DNA from: Gnetum montanum
Taxonomy: Eukaryota > Plantae > Gnetophyta
Direction of reading: 5' to 3'
Length of the DNA: 64,000 nucleotides
Assembly (NCBI GenBank): GCA_015680685.1
Contig: MNCI01002682.1
Span: forward strand, 654,355-718,354
Under the pieces are notes generated by a model. The model made no database searches and had not been told where the DNA came from. It saw only the letters and a list, made by a program, of their open reading frames with translations. Within the stretch, counting starts at the first letter, position 1; each line of letters begins with the position of its first letter. Made by a program: the position numbers and the translations under genes. Below are positions 12,777 to 25,490 of this stretch, piece by piece.

Positions 12777-13369
12777 TTCCACCAACCACTAACGTACTAT
12801 CCAAGTGGAACTCCACCACAACCTATCAGACAGCATCAGCAGTGGCAATACCCACAGCCATGGGGGATGCCACCGCCAACACAACAGTACCCTTACCAGC
12901 AACTAGACCCATATGGATATTATGTGCAGCAGTTGGTTTCTCCAAGTGACTCTATGGGTCACACAACTCCCCAACGTCACTACCAAGTTTGGGAGTACTT
13001 TAAGAGGACTCCTTCTCCTCTAGGAGACATTCCACATTCATCCCATCCTCCAACTCCATCCGCACCTCTTCCACCTATAGTTCCCATACAACCTGCTCCA
13101 ACAATGCAAGGGGAACTCCCCACTCAACCGCAGCAACGCAACGCTGCGAGAGCTATAAATATTCAACCTACTACTGGTTCTGATAACTGTAAAAAGAAAA
13201 GACCTTTCTTTAGAACCAAAAGCCTAGACAAACTCTCGCAACAACAAGCGGTTGAGCCCATGTACACTCCTCCATCATCTAGCACTTCGGAGCACCCTTC
13301 AGTCCAACAATAGAGCTGTACGCATACGGTTATGTTAACGCATACCATAATCGATTGGATCAAGGTAGG

Positions 13370-13880
13370 TCACCTTCCCAGGAAACTAACTGATCCTGGA
13401 AGCCCCTTAATCTATTTACAAATTTTTGGGAACAAACCACATAAGGCTCTTCTTGACTCAGGTTCCGGAGTCAGGCTAATTTCACAAGAGATGTATCAAG
13501 CCTAGAACCTGTCCCAACTTAAGAAGAGCAACATCCAACTAGATTTGGTAGACCAGTCCATCACCATTCCCTTGGGATTGGTGGAGGACATCATTACCAC
13601 TGTGTGTGGTTGGTTCTACCTAGCCGACTTCCTGGTGATAGAAGTTAACAGCAACAACGGGGGCTTCCCAGTTATAATGGGAAGGCCATGGCTAAGTATA
13701 GTAGATGCGTATCTAGGGATCCGCGATCTTTCCTTCAAGATATCTAAGGTAAATATTTATGAAAAGATCAAGAAGAATAAAGTTCCATGCATCACATACA
13801 ATGACTTAGAGGGTGATGACATGGAAGAATATTCAGCATCTCTTCCATGTAATCAGTGTGCTCAAGAAACACAAATTTAA
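13370..13880 (+). pseudogene. Retropepsin (aspartic protease) remnant
   Basis: KLTDPGSP...KALLDSGSGVRLIS...PLGLVEDII...ADFLVIE...PVIMGRPWL, typical of an Athila protease. Confidence 0.85.
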
Positions 13881-14175
13881 AGGTGCCTGTATGTAGCAAC
13901 CACACCAGTAGTAGACACCCCATGGTTAACAGCTACTAGAAAGAGCAATCCAATATGCACGGAACAAACTGAGGAAACTCATGCTAACAACGAAGGCATA
14001 GACACATTGGAATATGAGCATCACCAATTTCCACCCCTCAACCTAAAAACATCAATGGGGAGAAGTTGGGCGCTTCTAAGAAATTCAAATAGATGCTTAG
14101 TGTTTCGGATCTCTCCCTTACAATTTAGTCATGGGGGAGATGGCCACCTATGCTAACCATTGGAGGCCCTCAATT

Positions 14176-14352
14176 CTTTTACATTTTTGTTTTACACGTT
14201 TTTGTTTTCCACATTTTTGTTTTACACATTTTTGTTTTACAAGTTTTTGTTTTACATGTTTTTGTCTTACACATTTTTGTTTTACAAATTTCTTTAACTT
14301 TTCTTATTTTTGTTTTACAAATTTGTTTAACTCTTCTTGTTTTTGTTTTACA
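14176..14352. repeat. Tandem 15-bp repeat (TTTTTGTTTTACACA-like) in the element's 3' non-coding region
   Basis: About 10 degenerate copies, just downstream of an internal PPT-like AGTCATGGGGGAG. Confidence 0.85.
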
Positions 14353-16133
14353 ACATCGTTATACTTTTTCATTTTATTTTATTTTTTTTGTGTGTGTTTG
14401 TGTGTGTGTGATCCACTATGTAAGTTTTTCACCCAATAAGTGTTCTTCCTGATGATATGAACTATTTTTCATTAATTGCTAATGTTTGGTTTTTACCTTT
14501 AAGTCATGATGTTGATACTAAGGTATGTTTCTTTTGATATGGCAAGCAATGAGTTCACTTCATCCATCCATCCACCAGTTTCTATGGTCTCTCTAGGCTT
14601 CGAAATGTACAGTCCCTTTCATAATAAGAACTTTAACGAATCACTGACTGGGTATCTCTCAAACTAAGGAAGGACTCAGGGCTTGAAAAGGATGTGACTT
14701 CAAGGGAACTTGATGCTTTTGTGTTATCCATTCTCTTGGGTGCTTGGATGTTTTCTTCTTGAATTTTCTTGCTATTCCAATGTTACCCAATTATCAGAAG
14801 CTAAGTCAATAAAAATAAGAAAGTGTTGCATGGTGTGGTTCTCATGCATAAAAACATTTTAAAAAAGTGATAATTCAAAGCACATCCCTTAGACAAAATA
14901 AAATTGGGCTACAAGCACTAGTTATGGAACCAAAAAGGTTCCCTCTAAGTAAGGCCCTTCTCACTTCCCATTCTCTCCTCCTTATTTCGTCGAAATGGTG
15001 ATGACTCTTGGGGGAAGCATTATTGTTATTCAAGAGGATGGATTGACCGAATGCATTGATGCGAAGTCACTGGATGTGGTTGGTTTGAGGCCAGAGTTGG
15101 AATGAGATTTGCCAAGTCACATTAATCATGAAACACACAAGGGGCTGTACACCACCTTGTTCTTGGGATTCCATTCCATTCTCTTCTCTCCACCTTTCTC
15201 TCCACTATTCACCTCATTGTCGGTTGTATCATTAGTGTATATTTTGGTAGATACATCATGTTCTTTTTGGTAAATTTTTACGATTAAGACTTTAACTCTT
15301 GTTCCAAAGGACATTCCCAGAGCCTACGGACTCTTCGAATGTGGGTTTGTCAGGGCATTAAGGGCATGAGCCTGCTTTGGGGAGGACCCACTGACATTCT
15401 TATTTGGTGCACCAGTTAAATTCTTTCCCTTAACATTTTGCAATTAATTTTATTTTGTTCATTTCCATCTTGACATCCATTTCATCGATGTCATAGTTGT
15501 CCCTTTTTATCTATCTTTCTTATTCCTTTTCTTTCTCCATTCTAACACTACTGGAGGTTCGCGATTCGTCATGGGGGTACAAGGCCTGATTTTTTCGATT
15601 TTCTCCTAGCCCTGATTTTTTCGATTTTTCCTAACCCCTACACCTTTGGTAGTCATGAATATTATATCTCCAGACCCGCACTCAGCCATACCACAACCTA
15701 GCCAATGGACTTACACAGAAGCAAGGTATTAATTACATAATGATTCATTTACCCTTGCTAATATACGATTGTGTTGTGTGTGCAAATGGCGATCATGCAA
15801 CAACGGAAGGGATCTGGAAGGAACGCTTGGAATGGAGCAGTGCTAAAATAGCTATGCAAGGAGCAAGATCGATGGTGCGCTTACGGATGGACAACGAAAG
15901 GCACAATCTTAGCGTTGGCAGCAGCAACACTTCTTTCTCTCTCTCTTTCTCAGCTACCAAATGAGGCCTGATGTCAATGTAATAAGGTATTTACTCTTGT
16001 TATCATGAACACCAATTTTGTTGTGTCTTGTAATGATGATCCGTTCACATGTCATCCCATTAGTTTCCATTGAGTCAGTAATCCCATACCTTCCCGATAT
16101 TATTGTAATGAACTTGAGGACGAGTTTTCATTT

Positions 16134-16146
16134 AGTCATGGGGGTA
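16134..16146 (+). promoter_or_regulatory. Polypurine tract
   Basis: AGTCATGGGGGTA directly precedes the 3' LTR and is identical to the PPT before 8577. Confidence 0.85.
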
Positions 16147-16967
16147 TGATGGGACACGATATCGCGGCCGTCGCGATATCACATCCTTCGCGATATCACG
16201 TACGCGATATCGCGTCTTCCCCTGTGATATCGCATACGCGATATCACGATGCGCCATCATATCTATAAATAAGAGGCGGCTCTCCCTTGTTTCCTCATCC
16301 TAGGCTAGACAGTAGGGAAACTCTGGTAGATTGATCACTCCAGAGATAAAATATTTTTCATGTGCCCGTAGTACGAGTCCCAAAGTGAACGAATCTTTAT
16401 TTGAGAAAACATTGTACCTGAACACAAGTTTGTGTACGGCAATAAAGACGAGCTTTCTGGATAAACCTTGCAGCACATGGAATAGGATTTTATTTACTGT
16501 TATTTATTATTTTTTATTTAGTATTTTCTCTCTCAACCCTTCTCTCCTAGTTAAGTGCCTCAATATGACCACTTCGAGCACGTGCGTTACGCATGGTGAT
16601 CCCAGCAACGATTAGCATTTGGTAGCCATGGTTGCATCGGTTCAGGGTGTGTACGGTAAGTGGGAACGAATGCTGACACTAGGTTAATTTAGACTTAGTT
16701 CATTAGTTAGAATTAGTAATTAGTTTCTCAACCCTTCACCTTGTTAGAATAGAAGACAAAAAACATAAAAAGCTATAAAAATCATATACCTTAGACTTAC
16801 TTAACCATACACCGTGACAACTACAAGTAAGTCTGGGAAGACAACGAATAATTAACCCTAAGTGTTCCATGGGGCATGTAGGCACTTAGTCTGCGGAGTT
16901 TGACCAGATCATGTGTGCTACGCTCGTATTCGTATGGTTGAGTGTAGGGGTATCTCGCCACTCATCA
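16147..16967 (+). repeat. 3' LTR (821 bp)
   Basis: Direct repeat of 9855-10676. Confidence 0.95.
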
Positions 16968-16972
16968 CATGT

Positions 16973-18150
16973 TGTTGGAAAAATATGATATCTTGAGATA
17001 AGCATTTTTGTCAAATGCTAGTAGATACAAAGTAGAAAGAAATAACGTATGGGGAATAGCTACCGAGATGAAAGAAAGTGTATGTAGTACGAAACACAAT
17101 AGAAAAAGAGTGCATGTGGCTAGCAATAAAAGAAATTGTGGTAGATAGATCCAATCTATTAAAAGGTAGATCCTAAAGGAAAATGCTTGAAACAAATCTA
17201 GACAATGCCAAGAATGGAAAACTACAAATAGACAAATCAAGAATACAAAAAAAAAGAAAATTAGAATATGTTGTAGAAATCTTGAAAAAACATGAACCAA
17301 GGATCATAGGCATCTAGTGAGGAGTTGTGTTACCTTGTTCTCTCTCTCTCTGATGCATGTGCTTGATACAGATCTAGCAAGGAGACTACAAATTCTAGAG
17401 ATGACAAGAGAAAATGGGTTGGATCATATTGACGTGTTGACATGATTTTGTATGATTTTTCATGTGTCATGAGGACAACATGAAAGGGATACAAGTATGT
17501 CACCAAGGGAGAGGAAGATAAATTAGAGGATTTGATATAGTGAAGTAAGGTTAGCTTTCCAAGTAGAACAAATGTACATTGGTGAGTATCAAGATAAAAA
17601 CAATTTGAATATAGGTACACTCTAAAACATATCCTTAACATGATACTTTTTCAAGAACTTAAAAGCAAAAGCTATATGGATGCCCCCAATCAAGTGGGAT
17701 TCAAACTAGCAACCTTTTGCCTATACACTAATTATAAAAAGATCCTTGCCAAGCTTAGCGTCCACCTATCCATAGAAGTTTATGAGGTCACTCAAGAAAA
17801 AAGATGGTTCAATGATGGGAAAAAATGGCTTCAAAAATAGAATTAAAGATCAAGATTTAAATTTGAGCTTTAAGGATCTGAAAACAAGGATTGGAAAGAA
17901 GGAATGGAAGCACATGTGAGAACAACCATGTGGAAAAAAGCAATTTTATCTGCAACATATTTGAGGAGGATCCTTAACCAAAAAAAAATGCCTACTTATT
18001 TATCTACTTCTATTTTTAGATAAAGTAAGGTGGCAATCACAGATCTCAATATCTATTTATTGAAACAAGGAGATGGATTAATTATGGAGTAGAAGATGAA
18101 GAGTGTATCTTTCTAAATTATCCTTTCTCTAATGCACTTAGCATTAAGTA
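16973..18150 (+). mobile_element. Degenerate non-LTR (LINE) RT remnant, probably continuous with 9430-9849 before the LTR element inserted
   Basis: Decayed FEYLG-like (~17605) and IETRRW-like (~18060) motifs; no long ORF. Confidence 0.4.
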
Positions 18151-18530
18151 TAATATTCAGCGAAGAACTTTGCTACCTTTGTTTGACCTTAATAAAGTGT
18201 TCATGACCCACCATGACCATATCAAAGCTTTTAAAATTTTCTTTTTCCAGTATAACCAGTACACCCTTTATAGTCTCACAAAAACGTAATTAACCATTTC
18301 CATCTCCATTTCCATTCTACTTACAACCTCATGAACTCAACTGCCCCCCAGAGATACACTTCAGTTGTTTCAAATTCTCGCATTGTGTTTAAAGGAATTG
18401 CCATTACCTCAATCCTGTAAAAATATTTGATGGCATTGTACTTTCGCATTCGGTGAAATTGAGCGAGGGAGGGCGCTCACAGTATTTCGAAATCGCGTGT
18501 TGCTCTTTCTGGACGCAATTGCAGGCAGCC

Positions 18531-21200
18531 ATGATGATCTCCATAAGCAATACATTGCAGAAGGAAGCTGCCGTCAGAAAAAGAATTTCTAACATGTATC
18601 AATAACCACCGTTTTTATTTCACTTTCGTTTTTCTTCGTTTGTCTCCGAACTTTTCTTTCTTTTTGTTTGCCTCAATTCTTCATATTCATGTTGAAATTC
18701 GCTGCCGCAGTTTCAACAAGCGGGAAGAAGATTTTCCATCTTTGACAGAGTACAATAGTTATCTGGAAGAAATTGAGGAGATGAGTATGCGTTAGTGTTT
18801 ATCAAATTCTTTTCGGGCGTATATGTTTTGGATATCGCTATTTGGTGTGGCTGAAATGAATTGCGTGACTGGCAGTATATAACTTGGCTGAAGGGATAGA
18901 TGTTTCCGCCATCGAAGAAAAGATTGCAAAGTATGAAGAAGAGAACTCAGAGCAGATTATTATATCCCGTGCACGAAAGGTTATTTCTTCTAATTGTTAG
19001 CCCTTTTTGATATCAAAATCTCTGTATACTGTAATGCTGATCGATTTGTATTAGTGGAATGACTTGCATCCGTGCTTTCTGCGAAATTGACTCGTTTGAC
19101 AGTTTTGGCTGAATTTAGTTTTTAGTCCCTGCCAATTGCAGGGTTTATTCCTCGAACAATGATTGGTTTGTTTGAATGCTACTTGTTTGTTTAAGCATAG
19201 GCATTATTTGTTTAGCAATTATAAGTTTGTTGTAATTATATTTGTCTATTATAGGCAGAGGACTTGGACAAAGCTTTGAGAGAAGCTGATGGACCAACTG
19301 CAGTTGATGGAGCTTCTGACATGGTAAAATTATTTATAGCATACACAGTGCATGTCTTGTAAAATATCCTTTTCAAAAGCTTTTAGAAATCCTTACGGGA
19401 AAAGCTATTGTTAGACATAGTATAAATATACACATACACACAACATTTATAAGGTTTTGTATATTTTGAACTAGGAGGGTACATTCAAATGTTCTGAAGT
19501 GATTGAAATGGTTAATTAATATCTTTCCTACTGGTAACTATGTTCTTAAATAACAGTTTAAGAACATACCTTGTGATCTATGTACATCGTGACAAAGATG
19601 ACTGAATCCGATACATGAGATTCGTGGTCACAGATTCTAGCAGTCTACATTAATGCTTGAATGAAATTTTAACTTGGTCTATCAACATTAATCGTATATA
19701 CTATAGTCCTAGAAAGGTGAAGATTCATGAACATCAGATGATGATGGAAATTTTTTGGAGCCAAAGGCGATAACATGATATATTGAAAATGAAGCAAAAA
19801 AATTACATCAGTGAGAGCCTGCAAACATGCATGACCATCCGGGGGACTTGGAGAACAAAAGATAATCATACAAACAGGACACTTGAACTCACTGCGATTA
19901 CTGGGTTGATCTTTTTTCTTTTTTCTGAGCAAAGTGCCTTTTCGAAGTGCAAACATATTTCTAGAACAGCACATGGTTTTGTAAACGTATAAGAATCCTA
20001 GCCATTTAGAAATTAAAATCCAGTGCCTTGTAAACCAGTATATAAGTTTTCTACAAGTCAAGCGAACTTTTTTCTTATGCGAGTTCTTTTGTTCATGCAA
20101 ATTTGTCAGGAACATTTTCAGAAAAACATAATTTCAATTTTTTTTTTAAAGAAAGAAAGGAGAGCTTATAACTGTCCATTTGGCCTTTTTTTAGGATCAG
20201 GACAAAAGAGGATTTATTAATGAACCAAGATCTGAAATTCAAATTTACTTATCTTTGGATATTAGAGATCAATCAAGAGAGACTTTGCATTATTTAAAAG
20301 TACAGAAATAATGTTTAATTGAATAAATTAAATTTTATTGAAACAAATATCTTAAAATTTTCAATTTACTAAGTATGTGATAGCTCAAGTAGCTAAAGTC
20401 ATCATCTGCTGCTTTTTACAGTATATTCATAGAGGCAAGTATTTGTCATTCTGTATGGCATTGAAGTGCAGACAGTCTTGGGGTTGAATGAATTTGTTTT
20501 TAAAATCGTATAGACCTTATAGCAAAATTTGGTTCCATGTGACTGAAATGCTTAAAAATTAAAACAAAATGGAGAGGGAGGAAGGGGGCATAGGCGTGTT
20601 CATGCACTATTGTGCTGTTGTAGTTAGTGTTTGTTGGTTTTGGCATTCATGGTTTGATATGATGCCGATATGGATTGGTATCCTTTTCTATAGTTATTGT
20701 GTCCTTGCAACAAGCATGAAATTAACCATGATTTTGAATATATTGCTTTGTAATACTCTAGTTTCTTTTTTATCTCTCTCTCTCTTCTTTGTTTTGAAAA
20801 AGAATGATAAATATAGAAGATAATCAAATTTTCAATATGAATTTTGAACTTCTATGCATCTAATTCATTGAAGGAACTTAATACTGTAAATGGACTATCA
20901 TTTAATGTACTGATAGTTGTGATGTATTCCATTTGGGAATTCAATTTGCAGATCATAGATCAAAATTCACAGGCAACTGGAGCAACTGGAGCTGGTCAGT
21001 ATGCACCTGCCATGTTTATACAACCAAGGCCAACAGGAGCAGCCCAACCAGTTCCTATAGGTGCTAATTCTAACATGCCAGAGGATGAAGAATCACAAAG
21101 GCAGAGGGCAGAGAAAGGAGCACGAGCAGGAGGGTGGTCACCTGATTTTTGCAGAAAGAGGGCATTTGAAGAAGCTTTCAGCAGTCTATGGATCTCTTAG
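18531..21200 (+). CDS. MAT1: CDK-activating kinase assembly factor MAT1, plant type (186 aa); exons 18531-18595, 18711-18784, 18876-18979, 19255-19323, 20952-21200
   Basis: Five GT-AG spliced exons (65+74+104+69+249 = 561 nt) give MMISISNTLQKEAAVRKRISNIFNKREEDFPSLTEYNSYLEEIEEMIYNLAEGIDVSAIEEKIAKYEEENSEQIIISRARKAEDL...RAGGWSPDFCRKRAFEEAFSSLWIS*, recognisable as plant MAT1. Confidence 0.93.
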
Positions 21201-22269
21201 TGACTTTTATCCAAAACGGGAAAAAACAGAAAACACAAATGGAATGTGCTGATGTACATCTTGGTGTTTACTCACTATGTATTAATTATGTAATTTTGTT
21301 AAAGGTCTTACTTATATTTCCATTTACATATGGTTATAATTGTTTGCGTGTGCATTTCAGGGGACCAAAGATTTTGTCTAATTGGAAACTGTCATGCCTT
21401 CTTTGTTTTTGGTAACAAGCAAAGTTGACAAGGTCACACTTTTCTTTGTTTATTGGAATTTGAAAAATACTTAATAATAAAACTTGGAACCCGAATATTT
21501 TTATGAACGATAGGAGGAGAGTAATTACAAGATTCTGTGTCTCATCTCTGCAGAGTATTTTGAAGTGTATTACTTTTGGAGCCGTGTACCGAGATAATTT
21601 AATGACCTCTAAATCGTTACTGCTTAACACTTTTTTGTTTTTTAAAAAATTATTGAAATTTCTCCATTTAAAATAAAATTCTAAAGCCTTCATGTATTAT
21701 TCTACCATCAATCGTCATCCTATTTCTGAAGTTGTTTCGAATGATTAAAACAATTCTAGTCTGCAGAGTCAGGGAATTTGAAGTTGGAATATTACCATTC
21801 GGTATTTAGGTGACAGCTTCCTTTTCAAGGTTAGTTATGCCGGGTTTCAATAGAAGATGAAAACAAACTTGTAACTCTTATTATAAGTTTATAATTTCAT
21901 TTTGCTAAATAATGTAAATGGTGAGTCGGAGTATAATACGTTAATGGTATACAGATTAATGCAATACTTTTCTTTCAAAGATTCCATGTCTTATTTTCTA
22001 AAAACATTGATGAGATGTTTCTTTCGTCGTTTGTCCCACTAGCAATTTTTCTAATAAAAAATTTAAAATTTGAAATACACGAAAATGAAAATGTAATATA
22101 GCAAAATACTACAGTGAATTATGTGTTTTTCTTATTATGATTATTAGCTTTTGTAACAAACTAGAAATTATGTGTTTTTCTTATTATGATTATTAGCTTG
22201 GGTAAGAAACTAGAAATTTTTATTACAAGGAAATCACAAAGGATTTGTTGGATGGCTACAAAGATTCAA

Positions 22270-24400
22270 CACATTTTTAAGAAAGTTGAAAATATCATTG
22301 ATGTAATGCTCCATGTAAATGGGGTCAATTTGAAAAAAAAAAAAAACAAAACAATCAGATTATAGTTTGTATGATAATTCATTTGAATTTGAGCTAAAGA
22401 TGGGCAAAATAAAAACATATGTTCTTCATCCTCAAGGCTTTGTTTGCACAATTTGCCAAATATGCTCCTCTCGGTGAATTGATTCAACAACCTTTCTCAA
22501 CAAGGGAATGATAATAGCTCATTCTTGCTCTAGCAATTTGATTCTTAAATGAATAGGAGTAGCTGAGAAAAGATACTTTTGAGTACCAAATAGCAAACTT
22601 CCCATTAGAATGTCAATAAAAATGTTTTTCCTAAAGTGTTCAACTAAACTTTAGCCAAAGACTTTCTCTTTTAGTCTTCTGAAAGAGTCTTTTGTTTAAA
22701 GAAAGATCCTCTATTACAATATTCCATGATTGAAGCTACAAATTTTTTTAATGCAACCATCTATCTTCTTGTGTAGCATTCATTATCTCCTTATCATAAT
22801 TGACTTCCTCCATGTGACTTGACTTTTAGGTATAAGCAATAAATTGACAAAGGGCTTCAACTTCGAGAGAAAGCAAATCTGCTTCTAGAATTAAGATATC
22901 ATTAAAAGTTTGCATTTTTACTAAAAATTCAAATACAAGAAATTGTTTTTGAACATGCTCTAATTTTTTCCAATTATGTGTGGAAAGAGAATGTCTCCAT
23001 GTAACATACCCCTATAATAATATGGGTTGGACAAAACTGTGAAAAAGTTTCCTTCTAATCTCCCATGCCAAAATTTGTTTCATGCAACAATTATTTTTTA
23101 CAACAAATAGAGTTTGCATGTCACTTGAAACCCTTGCAATAAGGGTATTCCAATGATAATTGTTGGCAAATTCAACTCCCAAATATTTTATAAGATTCAC
23201 AAATATCAAATCTTTTTAACCCAGGAAAAAATTGTCATTTCTATTTTTAGTGCCACAAACTAGAATTTGAGTCTTATTGAATTTCATTCTGGAATGGTTG
23301 CAGTGGTCATGGAGGATTTGAAGCACATAATTTAATCTTGTAGCTAATTTTGCAATCAAGGCCACATCATCAACAAAGAGAAGCATGTTCAATAATAATC
23401 AATTCATTCACACAACATGATTAGAAGCATTTTGCATTCATTCCTCCAATTCATTTGTAAATATTCTTAAAAGGGTAGGGAACAAAAGACACCCTTGTTT
23501 AACTCTTACTAAACCATTAATAATAGTTCCTTCTCAAATAAGAATATCTTCAATAAGAATGTTATTTATCTCATAGATTCTTTTAAAAGTAGAAAGAGAT
23601 CTTGTGGAATGTTGATGCTATCCAATCTTTTCCAAAGTTTATCTCAAGCAACAAAATCATAAACCTTGGAAAAATTAACAAAACAAATAAAAGTCTTGTG
23701 GTTCGGGTTTTTTTGCTTCCTTCACATAATAACACAATTATTCGATGGTCTACAATAGAATGATTTGTCTTAAAACTTGCTTGTAACTGAGCACAAAGAC
23801 ATTGCATTTTTGACCATGAACTAATTTTATTCTCAAAAATAGTAGCCATCAATTTAGTAAATACTAAATTGATTGCAATCAATTGACAATTATTAATATC
23901 TACCCTATCTCACTTTGTAAAAAGTAAAACTACTCAACCAGAACATCAAGAACAATCCAAACTGAGACAAAGCCCTTTATTAAGAAGGTCGCAAATTGTT
24001 TTCCACCAATGGATGAACCCATTTAAAAAGCTCTACATATAATCCATTAATATCAACACATTTCCTAAAAGATAGCCTTTGAATTCCTACAAAAAAACAC
24101 ATTAGAGTTATCCTACATAGTAGGGGAAGCCTCTTGATTCAAAAGGTTATTATAAAAAATCTAAATAGTAGATAAGGAAAAATCCTACCATTTTGTTGTT
24201 AATCTTGGAAGAAAGTCCAAATGCTTTTTAGATTAGAATTGAGCTCACCAATCATTCTTGGTTGCTCTTCTTTAACAAATACCCTTTTGTTTAAATCAAA
24301 TAAGCTTTTTATAATTCTGTAAAAGAGATTTAATTCGTCCATATTATCATTTATAAATACAATTATTATAAAAAAAATGCATAACACTAAAGAGAGGCTA
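22270..24400 (-). mobile_element. Degenerate LINE reverse-transcriptase region between the two genes
   Basis: Minus-strand motifs VKQGCL (~23490), LLFVDDVAL (~23370), KYLGV (~23185), LFHSFVQPILL and a C-terminal CxxC...EDEEH...C. Confidence 0.75.
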
Positions 24401-25490
24401 ACAAAGTATAAAAGGGATGCCCCAATAGTTTTGGGGATGCATTTTCAAATTTTTATCCTTACAACCAATCTTGAAAAACCTCCCTTTGGAGTAGGAAAAT
24501 GATTAGACCTTACTCTTTTTTAGAAGTGCCCTCTTGGGTTTTCACTTCCTAAAAGTTTTTTTTTAATTAAAAAAAAATGAAAAAGGCACATGCTAAAACA
24601 TGAATTGTTGAATGATATCATCTTGGGTAGACCAATGAAGAACATTAGCCAAAGAATCTTTAAGATAAAACATATATTATCAAAATTTCCAAATGACAAA
24701 AAATAAAGGAATGAAAGCAACTATTAAGTGTGAAAAAAAAACCCAAATAAAACTTCCTCCTACTTTGTTAAAATTAATTAAAAAAATGAAATTTCTCTTT
24801 AATTCCAACAGGTTAAAGAACCTCATTTAATTAGGAGAACTTAAAACCATATAAGGACTAGTGATGTTAAACAAGGCAAAGGGGCAGGTCACTTAAAACA
24901 ATGCATGTTTTTTCACTTACACAAAGGAGAAAATGACACATTAAATGAAACATTCCAAGCCGATTGTGAGCATGGATTATATTCTTTAAGTGACAATTTC
25001 AATCTGTATTTTTTTTAGAGTGAATGCAGGTGTAATAGGAGGCTTAATGCTCACCCTTCTCACCAAGTAGGGTCTGGGAAGGTTGGCCCAACCCCAGACA
25101 TTATTAATAAAATCACATTTTTTATCTGGATAATTTAAATAGAAAGCATTTAATAATAATGAATTTTACATCTGTACTATGAACTCACCCTAAAAGAAAG
25201 ATGAAAGATCATAAATAACAAAAGGTTATTCTTCTTCATCTCATCTCATCAATTCATTACTCCCTCGTCACAAAATTTGAAGGAATTGCATCCCTTATCT
25301 TTGGCAAAACTGCTTCCTTGTGAACGACCTTTATTTGTTAAATAATCAAGCCTTAGAATTCATGCACTAGAGATACAGATTCCCTATTTTGAATTGATAA
25401 CAGAAAACCTAACAGCTGAGTTGAACTCAAACTGCAAGTTCACCTTAGCATTGTATAATATTTGGAACATTTCGACCAGATATCATATGG

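Larger units (their letters stand above)
9855..16967 (+). mobile_element. Structurally complete non-autonomous Athila-like Ty3/gypsy LTR retrotransposon (7113 bp; gag + protease only)
   Basis: LTRs 9855-10676 and 16147-16967 (TGATG...CATCA), TSD CATGC (9850-9854) / CATGT (16968-16972), tRNA-Asp-type PBS and a PPT. No RT, RNase H or integrase motifs were seen. Confidence 0.93.

Noticed and set aside
14131-14452. FCFT/FVLH repeat ORFs
   Set aside because: They are translations of the 15-bp tandem repeat.
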